Source of the DNA: an uncultured delta proteobacterium
Lineage (GTDB): Bacteria > Myxococcota_A > UBA9160 > SMWR01
Reading direction: 5' to 3'
DNA: 64,000 bases
NCBI GenBank assembly: GCA_963832165.1
Contig: CAWHTE010000007.1
Coordinates: 128,001-192,000 of the forward strand
The position numbers and the translations under genes are program-made. The first letter of the stretch is position 1; the number at the start of each line of letters is the position of its first letter. Positions 27,102-35,863 of the stretch are shown here, piece by piece. The notes under the pieces were generated by a model. It saw only the letters and a program-made list of their open reading frames with translations, did no database searches and had not been told where the DNA came from.

Positions 27102-29774
27102 TTACCCCGATCCATCCTGCGCGGCCACCGGGTCCAGCGTTTCGCCGACTTCGCGCGAGTAGCCGCGCTGCGGCTCCGGCGCCGTGCTCGAGGCGGCGGC
27201 GCCGACGTTCGCGTCGAAGCCCGTGACGAAGCGGACGTCGGCGATGTCGCGATCGACCGTGATCGGCACGACCGTCTCGGTGGTGGGGAAGCCGCCGCAG
27301 GCCTCCCCTGCGTCGCAGATGGTGATGTCGCCATCCGAGTCGGTGCCGGCGACGAGCAGGTAGTCACCCGGATCCACGCGCGAGAACTCGAACGCGTAGG
27401 CGCCGTTGCTCGCGTCCGCGCCGAACGCCGCGACCGTCTTTCGCGTGACCGGGTCGAGCAGGAGGACGTAGTGGTGACCCGCGTTGGCCTGCGCGTTGCT
27501 CACGTCGCCCACCTGCATGATCACCGCGACGTCGATCATCGCGATCCCGACTCCGTTGTCGGACGTGAAACGGATCATCCCGGTGTAGAGGCCGTCGGCG
27601 AGCCCAGTGCGATCCACGGTGGCGCGATAGGTCCCGAGGCCGGCGGCATCGACCGATTCCGCCGCCACCGTGAGCCATGCCGCCCCATCGTCGCTCGTGA
27701 AGCTCACTCCCGTGACCGAGAGCGGCTGCTGATCGTTGCCGCCGTTGGTTGCAGAGAGATGGAGCTCGCTCGCGAGAAATCCGTAGTTCAAGCCGTCGGG
27801 ATCGATGCGCAGCACCGCGTCGACCACTGTGGAGCCGCTACCGCCGCCGACCGCTCGGTTCACCGCGCGAGCCGCATCGATCAGACCGTTCCCGAAGAAC
27901 GAGGCGCTGCCGATGTCCTCGGTGATCTGGTGGGCATTCAGCGCGTTGTCGATGTCGAACGGCGTGAGCGCCGGATTCTTCCCGAGCATCAGCGCGAGCA
28001 CGCCGGATACGTGGGGTGTCGCCATCGAGGTGCCCTGGAAGAAGGCGTACCCGAAGCCCTGACCGTCCTCGAAGGACGTGCTGAGCACACCGTCGGGAAA
28101 TCCGTCTCCGTCGGCGTCGTGCTGGAAGTCTCCGCCCGGTGCAGCCACGTCGATCGTCGAGCCGAAGCTCGAATAGGGTGCGAGCGTGCGCAGCGACCCG
28201 ACCGCCGACACCGAGATCACGCCGCTGAACGCTGCCGGATACTGGGGCTGCGTGGACGCCTGGTTGCCCGCGGCCGCGACGAAGATCATCTGCTCTGTGT
28301 TGCGCAGGTCCGTGATCAGATCCTGGAAGGTCTGGCTGTACCCGGGTCCCGACAGGCTCATGTTTGCGATCCGCGCCGGGTTCGACGCGCCGGCACCCGC
28401 GCACGAGGTCGTCCGGCCCGCCGCATAGCGCAGCGCCTCCATGATGTCGGCGTCCGTGCCGCCATCCACGCCGAGCACGCGCAGCGGCATGATCCTCGCG
28501 TTCCACGCCACGCCCGCGACGCCCGTCGTGTTGCCGGACGCGAACGCGAGCGAGGTGCGCGCAGCCACGGTGCCGGCGACGTGGGTGCCGTGATAGCTGC
28601 TGCCGCCGGGCGAGTTGTCGCCGGGATCCTCGGGATCCGGGTCGCAGCCGTTGCCGTCGTTGGCAGCTTCGAGGTCGCTGACGAAATCGAAGCCGGTCAC
28701 GAGCTGGCCGGCAAGATCGGGATGCCCGAGCTTCACGCCCGTGTCGACCACGGCGACGATCACGCCGCTGTTCGGAGCCGTGACGTCCCAGGCCGGCGGC
28801 AGGTTGATCTGGCCGTAGTGCCACTGGTACGGATAGAACTCGTCGGCGGGAATCGCATCGGCCGTGCGCACGTAGTTGAGGTCGGCGCTGCGCACGTCCG
28901 CTCGGCGGCGCAGCGCAGTGGCGATCTGCCGGGTGTCGTCCTGCAGTCCACGGCGCCCGCGCGATCCGCCGACTCCGCGCATCTCCGCCGTGAGCTCGAG
29001 CCCGAGCGCCTCGAAGGCCGCGCGCCGCTCGCCGACTGAAAGGGCCTCGAATAGCATCGGCCCATCGGGCTCACCCCGGACGTGTCGCATCCCGACGCCA
29101 CGCGCGCGCACCGCACCGCTCGCGCGCGGGTGGCTGCGATCGTCGCGGTAGCGCACCAGAACCTGACCCGGAACGAACTCGGGCTCGCGGACGCCCGCGC
29201 CCGTCGGCGGCTGCCCGATCGTGAGCGTGTAGTTCGAGAATCCCGTCCTGACCAGCACGACCACGTAGTAGTCACCCGAGGCGGCAGGCACGATCTCCTC
29301 GGTGCGGCTGCGCGTCGCACTCCTCTGCACGAGCGTCTGATCCAGCCGGCGCAGCTCGAGGTCGAGATCGCCCGTGCTCGCGTCTTCGGCGCTCTGCAGG
29401 CGGATCGTCTGCCCGCTTGCGATGGAGACGCGGTACCAATCCGAAAGGTCGCCCGACGTGCTCGTGGGCCCGCCCGAAGGACCTGCGCCGGGCCGGTTCA
29501 GGTATCCGCCGAGCGTGACGGGATTCCCGATCTCCTGCGCCTGGCCCGCGGAGTTGTTGCGCACAAAGGGCGCGTCGCCGTCGTTGGTGTCCGAGTCGAC
29601 CGCGCTGCCCGCGGCGGCGAGGATCGTGCCCGTCACCGCATAGGGCGGTCCGCCATGTCCGCCGCCACCGCCACCGCCGCCGCACGCGGTTCCGATCGCC
29701 GCGAGAGCCGCCGCGAACACGGCGATCGGCCGGAAGTTCAGCGCATCGGAGCGCCGGAAAGGAGCTCGCATCAT
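27102..29774 (-). CDS. Large S8 subtilase lipoprotein (PPC-like domain, prodomain, catalytic domain, C-terminal Ig-like domains)
   Basis: Lipobox IGTAC then poly-Gly; VAVVDTG, HGTHVAG, AAAGN, GTSMATPHV. Start uncertain (29771-29783). Confidence 0.92.
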   Translation of the reverse strand: MMRAPFRRSDALNFRPIAVFAAALAAIGTACGGGGGGGGHGGPPYAVTGTILAAAGSAVDSDTNDGDAPFVRNNSAGQAQEIGNPVTLGGYLNRPGAGPSGGPTSTSGDLSDWYRVSIASGQTIRLQSAEDASTGDLDLELRRLDQTLVQRSATRSRTEEIVPAASGDYYVVVLVRTGFSNYTLTIGQPPTGAGVREPEFVPGQVLVRYRDDRSHPRASGAVRARGVGMRHVRGEPDGPMLFEALSVGERRAAFEALGLELTAEMRGVGGSRGRRGLQDDTRQIATALRRRADVRSADLNYVRTADAIPADEFYPYQWHYGQINLPPAWDVTAPNSGVIVAVVDTGVKLGHPDLAGQLVTGFDFVSDLEAANDGNGCDPDPEDPGDNSPGGSSYHGTHVAGTVAARTSLAFASGNTTGVAGVAWNARIMPLRVLGVDGGTDADIMEALRYAAGRTTSCAGAGASNPARIANMSLSGPGYSQTFQDLITDLRNTEQMIFVAAAGNQASTQPQYPAAFSGVISVSAVGSLRTLAPYSSFGSTIDVAAPGGDFQHDADGDGFPDGVLSTSFEDGQGFGYAFFQGTSMATPHVSGVLALMLGKNPALTPFDIDNALNAHQITEDIGSASFFGNGLIDAARAVNRAVGGGSGSTVVDAVLRIDPDGLNYGFLASELHLSATNGGNDQQPLSVTGVSFTSDDGAAWLTVAAESVDAAGLGTYRATVDRTGLADGLYTGMIRFTSDNGVGIAMIDVAVIMQVGDVSNAQANAGHHYVLLLDPVTRKTVAAFGADASNGAYAFEFSRVDPGDYLLVAGTDSDGDITICDAGEACGGFPTTETVVPITVDRDIADVRFVTGFDANVGAAASSTAPEPQRGYSREVGETLDPVAAQDGSG

Positions 29775-29885
29775 CCCCAGCACTCCCCCGCTGCGGATCG
29801 GGCGGCGGTCCCCCGGAATCTATCCGATTGGCGGCTCCGCATCGCCACGCAGCGCGGACGGGTGGTGGAACCGCGGCCCGTCCGC

Positions 29886-31268
29886 TCACGACTGCGGGCA
29901 AGCGTGCCCGAGCTGTCCGAGCGCGCTGCACAGCGGCGCCATCTGCGGCGACGACGGTCCGCCCGAGCGCGCGGTCTGGAACATCGCGCGTCGCGCCGCA
30001 TCGGGGGTGGCGCCGCTTCCGATCAGCACTGCGAGCGCGCCCGTGACGTGCGCCGCAGCGAAGCTCGTTCCGCTCGCGAACGCGAACGCTCCTCCGGGGA
30101 CCGTAGAGAGGATCTCCGTACCCGGCGCCCAGATCCGCGCCGAGGGGCCTCCATTGCTCCGGTCGTAGCGAGCCCCCTTCGCATCGATCGCACCGACGCC
30201 GATCACCGACGGATACGCCGCGGGATAACGCGCCTCGTCGATGCCCTCGTTGCCAGCTGCGGCCACCACGATCGCGCCGAGATCATCGAGGCGATTTGCC
30301 GCGCGCTCGAGCAGCGGATTGGGAGGTCCGACGAGGGACAGGTTGAGCACCTGCGCGTGCTCCTTCCAGGCGAGATCGAGCCCGCGCAGCACGTCGAACA
30401 GTCCGCACGAATCGCGCGGCGTGGCGCCGAGCGGAGTGCACACGGGAATCGCGATCACCTCGGCCGCGGGCGCTATGCCGGCGATCCCGAAGCCGTTGTT
30501 CGCAACCGCCGCGATGACGCCCGTGGTCAGCGTGCCGTGCACGCCGACGCCCTGGGGACCCGCGGTGAGCGGCGAAACCCGCACGGGAGGCAGGTCGGGG
30601 TGGTCGGTCTGGGGCGCGGAGTCGAGCACCGCAACGCGGACACCCGCGCCCGTCGAGACCGCGCGCGCTGCATCGACGCCGAGCTCGTCGAGGGAGTGCT
30701 GGAGCTTTCGGTAGGAGTCGGGCGCGGGGGCGGGAGCCGGCTCCACGCGATCCGCAGCACTCGCGTAGATGTGATTGGGGGCCACCACCGCATCGCTGGG
30801 GAGCTTCGCGACCAGGTCATAGGGATCGCTGAGCGGATCTCCGACGACCCGAGCGATCGTCGCGCACAGCACCGGGCTCCAGAACGAATCCGCGATCCGC
30901 GCACCGGGCGCGAGCTGATAGCCGTGCGCGAGGGTCCCGTCGGCTCGCTTCGGCAGCACGAGCAGCGCCTCGCCACCGGCTTGCTGCGAACCCTTCTCGT
31001 CGTGGCTCTGCGCGAGCGAAACGATCGGACCCTCGGCCACGCCCACGTGGCTGCCCATCACGCCGGGCTCTTCGCTCGGCGCGAGCTGCGCAATCTGGCG
31101 CGGCGCTTCGATCGGAGCGCACAGCTCCGGCTCGGCGGGGCTCCGCGTGTCGGCGAACGCGGCGGATGCCGCGAACAGCGCAGCGAAAACCCCGGCCAGA
31201 GCGCGTTGCCGCGGTCTGGCCACAGGCGAACGGCTAGCTGCGCGACGGTTCAGCGAATGCGGCGACAC
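29886..31268 (-). CDS. S8 family serine peptidase, secreted
   Basis: Signal peptide; VAVLDS, HGTLTTG, AAAGNEG, GTSFAAAHV catalytic residues intact. Confidence 0.88.
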   Translation of the reverse strand: MSPHSLNRRAASRSPVARPRQRALAGVFAALFAASAAFADTRSPAEPELCAPIEAPRQIAQLAPSEEPGVMGSHVGVAEGPIVSLAQSHDEKGSQQAGGEALLVLPKRADGTLAHGYQLAPGARIADSFWSPVLCATIARVVGDPLSDPYDLVAKLPSDAVVAPNHIYASAADRVEPAPAPAPDSYRKLQHSLDELGVDAARAVSTGAGVRVAVLDSAPQTDHPDLPPVRVSPLTAGPQGVGVHGTLTTGVIAAVANNGFGIAGIAPAAEVIAIPVCTPLGATPRDSCGLFDVLRGLDLAWKEHAQVLNLSLVGPPNPLLERAANRLDDLGAIVVAAAGNEGIDEARYPAAYPSVIGVGAIDAKGARYDRSNGGPSARIWAPGTEILSTVPGGAFAFASGTSFAAAHVTGALAVLIGSGATPDAARRAMFQTARSGGPSSPQMAPLCSALGQLGHACPQS

Positions 31269-31872
31269 CGTGCCTCTTTTCGCGGAGACGGCTGATCGCC
31301 GCGCTCACGTCGGCTCCCGGCGCGAGGCGCAACCGATAGACACCGAGCTGGGTCGGTCCCGAGATCACCGTGGCTCCGATGTCGCGCAGCCCGGTCTGGA
31401 TCAGCTCGGCGCTCGCGTCCTCGCGGAATACCACCTGCAGGCTCGGGCCACCGCCGTCGGCAGCGCCATCGGTCGCAGCCGCCGTCTCATAAGTCGGCGC
31501 AACCCGCGCGACCCAGATCGCGCCGGTCGCGAGCATTCCCGAGATCACCGCCACGAAGAGTCCCGCGGCAATCGACGCCTGCCGCGCCGCGGCACCGACG
31601 CGCATCGCCGCCGACTTGCGGCGCGGTTGCGCGACCGACTCCTCATTCGAGTGCGAGGAGATCCGGTCGAGTACGCGCTCATAGACCCGCTCGATGTCGG
31701 GCAGATCGATCGCGGGCTCTTCGTCGCCGCGCACGAACGCGAGCTCGGCTCGGCACGCGCGGCAATCGGCCGCATGGGCCTCGACCGCGCCACACTCCTC
31801 CGGGGTCAGACCATCCGGATACCAGGGAATCGACGTCAGAATCGCTTCGGGGCAGCTGGTCGTCGTGGTCAT
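31234..31872 (-). CDS. Zinc-binding (zf-HC2) membrane anti-sigma factor
   Basis: VEAHAADCRACRAEL (HxxxCxxC), one TM, C-terminal alpha/beta domain; directly follows the ECF sigma gene. Confidence 0.85.
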   Translation of the reverse strand: MTTTTSCPEAILTSIPWYPDGLTPEECGAVEAHAADCRACRAELAFVRGDEEPAIDLPDIERVYERVLDRISSHSNEESVAQPRRKSAAMRVGAAARQASIAAGLFVAVISGMLATGAIWVARVAPTYETAAATDGAADGGGPSLQVVFREDASAELIQTGLRDIGATVISGPTQLGVYRLRLAPGADVSAAISRLREKRHGVAAFAEPSRS

Positions 31873-31876
31873 GGCG

Positions 31877-32503
31877 TCAGTCCTCCGTTCCGAGTCCGGT
31901 CATGGTGCGCAGGCGCGTGCGCGCCCGATTGACTCGCGTCTTCACGTTGGCTTCGGAGATGGCGAGCCTCTCCGCAATCTCGGGATACGAGAAGCCCTCG
32001 ATGAACGCGAGCCGTAGTACGTCGCGGTGTCCGGCCGGGAGACGTTCGATCGCGCGGACGAGGCGCCCGAGCTCCTCGCGCGCGTTGATCGATTCGATGT
32101 GGTCGGCCGGGTCGGGGATGCGCGCGAGCGTGTCGTCGGTGGCGACGCGCACCGAGGACCGCCGGGGCTGGGAGAAATAGCGCCGCGCCGAGAGCGCCTT
32201 CAGATTGGCGATGCCGAAGATCCACGTCGTGACCGGCGACTCCCCGCGGTAGGCGGCCGCGTTCCTCCACACCTCGAAGAACACGTCGGTAGCGACCTCC
32301 TCGGCGAGGCCTTCGTCGCCGAGGCGGCGGCGCAGGAACGAGAGCACGCGCTTGTAGTAGCGCTCGAAGATCACGCGGTGGGCAGCCTGGTCGCGCTCGA
32401 CCACCCGCGCGAGCATTGCGCGGTCGCTCTCCGGCGCGCCGTCGCGGTCGGGTTCGACCGCGGCGTTCGCGAGACCGCCGGAAACGATGCGCAGCTGGGC
32501 CAT
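31877..32503 (-). CDS. ECF RNA polymerase sigma-70 factor
   Basis: Region 2 AEEVATDVFFEVW...TTWIFGIA; region 4 GFSYPEIAERLAISEANVKTRVNRAR. Confidence 0.95.
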   Translation of the reverse strand: MAQLRIVSGGLANAAVEPDRDGAPESDRAMLARVVERDQAAHRVIFERYYKRVLSFLRRRLGDEGLAEEVATDVFFEVWRNAAAYRGESPVTTWIFGIANLKALSARRYFSQPRRSSVRVATDDTLARIPDPADHIESINAREELGRLVRAIERLPAGHRDVLRLAFIEGFSYPEIAERLAISEANVKTRVNRARTRLRTMTGLGTED

Positions 32504-33411
32504 CAGAGACCAAGCCCCGACGTCAGACCACCCGTGAGCCCGCCGACTGCGCCCGTCGTCGTGCTCAGCGTGTCGGTCGTCAGCGTGGTCGTCGTGCCGA
32601 GCGTCTCCGCACCGAGCGAGCCGGCGCCGCTCGTGACGCCCGTGAGCCCGCCGTTGAGCGAATCGACGCCGCTCGAGACGGTCTCCGTGACACCGCTCGT
32701 CGTGCCGGTAACCCCACTGCTCAGCGTTTCGACGCCGCTCGACACGGTGCTCGTGAGACCACTCGTCGTGCCGGTGACCCCACTGCTGATCGTTTCGACG
32801 CCGCTCGACGCGCTGTCCGTAACGCCGCTCGTGGTACCGCCCGTGAGGCTGCCCAGGCCGCTGCCAATCGAGTCGAGGCCGCTCACGACGGTCTCGCTGA
32901 CGGCGCTCGTCACGGTGCCGAGGAAACTGGTCGTACCGGTCACGGTTTCACTCGTGGTATCGGTCACCCCGCTCACCGTATTCGTGAGCGCGCTCGTGGT
33001 GCCGCCCGCGACACCCTCGACCACCCCGGTCACGCCGGTCACGGTGTTGTTCACGGCCTGGGTCGTATTCGAAACCGTATTGGTGACGACCTCGGTCGTG
33101 CCCGAAACGGTCGTGCTCACGGCCTGAGTCGCCGACTGGACCGCCGTCGCCGTGTTCGCAGGAGTGCGCGTTAGCTCGAGCGGAACCAGCTGCACGAGAT
33201 CCGTGGCGGTCCCGTTCCTCGGAGCGAAATGATTCGATGCGGGGCCCGAGACTCCCGCGGGCTGTCCGTATACGGGCGCCATCACGAACTCGCCGACCGA
33301 CTGAGCGCAGTCGCCCGGGGCCGCGATCGCGGCGCCCAGGTTGTCGGCGACGGCTGCGAAAGACAGGAAGCTGCTGACCAGAAACACGACAGAAGCGTTG
33401 TGCAGGTTCAT
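32503..33411 (-). CDS. Secreted Thr/Ser/Gly/Val-rich protein with 11-residue repeats
   Basis: C-terminal part of ORF 32503-34491 from MNLHNASVVFLV...; GAGGA RBS; ATGA and TGATG overlaps with both neighbours. Confidence 0.8.
   Translation of the reverse strand: MNLHNASVVFLVSSFLSFAAVADNLGAAIAAPGDCAQSVGEFVMAPVYGQPAGVSGPASNHFAPRNGTATDLVQLVPLELTRTPANTATAVQSATQAVSTTVSGTTEVVTNTVSNTTQAVNNTVTGVTGVVEGVAGGTTSALTNTVSGVTDTTSETVTGTTSFLGTVTSAVSETVVSGLDSIGSGLGSLTGGTTSGVTDSASSGVETISSGVTGTTSGLTSTVSSGVETLSSGVTGTTSGVTETVSSGVDSLNGGLTGVTSGAGSLGAETLGTTTTLTTDTLSTTTGAVGGLTGGLTSGLGL
32663..32839. repeat. 66-nt imperfect tandem repeat (about 2.7 copies) within the repeat-protein gene
   Basis: tcgacgccgctcga recurs at 32663, 32729 and 32795. 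Confidence 0.85.
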
Positions 33412-35105
33412 AGCGTCCTCGCGAAGTTCACGTTGAGGAGGAATCCCACGACGTGTTGATCGTAGTCGAACACGTCCGCCGAGGAGAGGTTGTCCAGATA
33501 GCTGTAGAGCACGGAGACGGAGAACGGATCGACGAGCGGAATCGAGAGCCGCGCGTCGAAGCCGATCCGCTCGTCGCTGCGCGCCGAGTCGCTGAGGAAG
33601 TACTGCTGCGGTATCGGCTGCGCCGCGCGCACCAGATCTTCGCGGTTCGGGAACGTCGTCGGATGGCGGAAGTCTCGGTAGGTGTAGCTCCCCTCGACGT
33701 CGAGCCCGAGGCTCCAGGGCAGCGCGAACCCGAGAGCCACGAAGGCACGATGCGCCTCGTGCGAGTACTCGGTTCCGTCGGATTCGAAATAGGTATAGGC
33801 GTAGCCACCGGTGAGCGCCGGATCCGAGAGTGGCGGCAGCCCGAGCGGCAGGGTCAACGCATGCGAAATGCCCAAGCCGCTTCCGTAGCCGTCGAGGTCG
33901 CGCTCCTGGTGCTCGTTGATGAACGGCGGGCCACATACGGCGAAGCCAGGCGGGAGCGACGGGCACGCACCCCCGGTCACCCCCGGGCCATCGGGAACGT
34001 CGTCGAACGAGACGCGATAGTCGTCGACGAACGATCTCGCGTAGAGCTCGGTCGAAGAGCGCGCCGACCAGGCGCGGATCAGCGAGAGGCGCCCGCCGTT
34101 CGAGATCAGGAACGGATCGGTGTCCACCCACGCGTAGCCGAAGTCGTAGCGGAAGCGCACGTGGGTATCGGCGCGCAGCGCGTGATTCAGCCACAGCGAC
34201 GCAGTGGGAAAGTGGTTGTCGAACTGGCGCAGCTCGTCGCGGTCGGAGTGGATCCGACCGCGATAGCTCGCGAGCAGCCCCGCCGAGTTGGCGCCCCACT
34301 GTCCGAGATCGAGACCCGCGCGCGCGACCACCGCACCGAGGAGATCGTCCTCGTGGCTGATGTCGGTGGGCAGCGGCGTCTCGCGCCCCGAGAGCACGAC
34401 GTTGTCGTTGTAGGCGAGCCCAGCGCCCAGATTGAGCCACACGCGCCGGCCACCGGCGCGCTCGAGCGCGCGGTTGGCTTCGTTCGCCCAATCAGTGCCC
34501 GCCCACCCGTCGGCGACTTCGTTGAGCCGGTCGCGAGAGTCCTTCTCCTGGCCCGCCGCGCGCAGCGCGACGCCGAGGTAATAGGACGCGACCGGCTCCA
34601 CGGCCTGGGGGTCCGCACGCGTCTGGAACGTGGCCTTGTTGATGTCGACCGCGCGCTGCAGCGCCACCACGGCGGCGTCCGCATCGCCGCGGCCCAGGTC
34701 CACCATGCCGCGATAGAGCTGCCAGAGCGCGTCGCCGGACAGGCTCTCACCCGCGCGCAGGGCGGCGTCCGCGCCGTCGAGGTCGCCCGTGTGATAGCGC
34801 GCGCGCGCGAGATCGAGGTTCGCCTCGGCGAGGCTCGGGTCGATCGAGAGTGCGCGCTCGAGCACCCCCGCCGCACGCGCGTACTCCCGCGCGCGCAGCG
34901 CGCACTGGCCGAGTCGCCACGCGACGCGTGCGGACTCGGGCGCGGGCACGAGCTCCAGCTCCTTCTCGAGCTCGGGCACCGCCACTTCGCAGCGCCCCTC
35001 GAGGGCGAGCCGCTCGCCACGCGTGGGCCGGCGTTCCTCCGCATGGAGGGCCGGGATCGCGGCGAGCAGAGCGATCATCAGCGCAACGAGCTCCTTCCTC
35101 GGCAC
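33408..35105 (-). CDS. TPR repeats + C-terminal outer-membrane beta-barrel (Slam/DUF560-like)
   Basis: Signal peptide, several TPR motifs (ALSIDPSLAEANLDLARARY), then alternating beta-strands (GLAYNDNV, FRYDFGYAWV, YSYLDNLS...YDQHVVGFLLNVNF). Confidence 0.75.
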   Translation of the reverse strand: MPRKELVALMIALLAAIPALHAEERRPTRGERLALEGRCEVAVPELEKELELVPAPESARVAWRLGQCALRAREYARAAGVLERALSIDPSLAEANLDLARARYHTGDLDGADAALRAGESLSGDALWQLYRGMVDLGRGDADAAVVALQRAVDINKATFQTRADPQAVEPVASYYLGVALRAAGQEKDSRDRLNEVADGWAGTDWANEANRALERAGGRRVWLNLGAGLAYNDNVVLSGRETPLPTDISHEDDLLGAVVARAGLDLGQWGANSAGLLASYRGRIHSDRDELRQFDNHFPTASLWLNHALRADTHVRFRYDFGYAWVDTDPFLISNGGRLSLIRAWSARSSTELYARSFVDDYRVSFDDVPDGPGVTGGACPSLPPGFAVCGPPFINEHQERDLDGYGSGLGISHALTLPLGLPPLSDPALTGGYAYTYFESDGTEYSHEAHRAFVALGFALPWSLGLDVEGSYTYRDFRHPTTFPNREDLVRAAQPIPQQYFLSDSARSDERIGFDARLSIPLVDPFSVSVLYSYLDNLSSADVFDYDQHVVGFLLNVNFARTL

Positions 35106-35386
35106 GCGCCAACCCCGTCGCGGGCGATCCTTTCCGGATCGCGCGACCAACTGCACGCGCACCCATCTAAGGAGTTGCAGCCCGGCGCTCCGAGGTTGCG
35201 GAAAATCAGCCGTGCGCAGGTGCGCAACGAGGGGGCGGAGCACTCAAGTCCTCGGTTTCAAATCAGAATTAGGAGATTCAGGTGCAGCGCGATTCCCGCA
35301 GGGTACCCCGCTCCGCGCCGGGCGCCCCCCTGTCCTGGCTGGGCAATGCCGGGGACCTCGCCCACCCTCTCCCCCTGGAGAAACAC

Positions 35387-35851
35387 ATGAGCGATTCACT
35401 GGATCTCGCCGCGCTGATCCCCGAGCACTTCGGGCGCTACTTCGCGTTCTTCAAGCCGGGCCACATCGAGGGCATCGTGCCCGCGCGCATCAAAGAGCTC
35501 GCGCGTCTGAAGATCGCCGCCCTCAACCAATGCGATACCTGACTGTTCGCGCGCTACGCGTCGGCGACGCGTCAGGGGCTCGACGAAGAGACGATCGCGC
35601 AGATCCACCGGCCCGCTGCCGAGCGCGAGCTGGCGCCGCGCGAAGCGCTCGCGGTGCAGTTCGCCGAGCGCGCCGCGCTCGACTTCCGGAGCGTCGACGC
35701 CGCGTTCGTGGCCGAGCTCCGCAAGCACTTCAGCGACGCGGAAATTGCCGAGCTCGGCATGATGATCCAGCAGTACATAGCGCTCGGGCGCCTGCTCGTG
35801 ATGACGGGCGGCCACAAGGGCGCGTGCGAGATCTACGTCCCGGAGTATTAG
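35387..35851 (+). CDS. AhpD/CMD-like selenoprotein (CxxU; TGA at 35540-35542 read as Sec)
   Basis: GGAG RBS + ATG; ...IKELARLKIAALNQCDT[TGA]LFARYASATRQGLDEE... continues in frame into ORF 35654-35851; 154 aa in total. Confidence 0.82.
35538..35576 (+). promoter_or_regulatory. Putative bacterial SECIS hairpin
   Basis: Stem acgcgtc (35556-62) / gacgcgt (35566-72) with a G-starting loop 20 nt after the UGA; cctga/tcagg may form a lower stem. Confidence 0.65.
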
Positions 35852-35863
35852 CGGCGCTTGCGG

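Noticed and set aside
32027..33127. 366-aa plus-strand ORF with V/P/T/L repeats
   Set aside because: Antisense shadow of the repeat-protein and sigma genes; the minus-strand ORF has a signal peptide, RBS and coupled overlaps.
35106..35386. Riboswitch/ncRNA or defined ECF promoter in the divergent spacer
   Set aside because: GC hairpins (such as gcgatcc-tttcc-ggatcgc) and GCAAC motifs are present, but I cannot match them to a known RNA family or promoter consensus.
35282..35851. Two separate small ORFs or a nonsense pseudogene
   Set aside because: The TGA position in a CxxC-equivalent motif plus the hairpin favours one selenoprotein.
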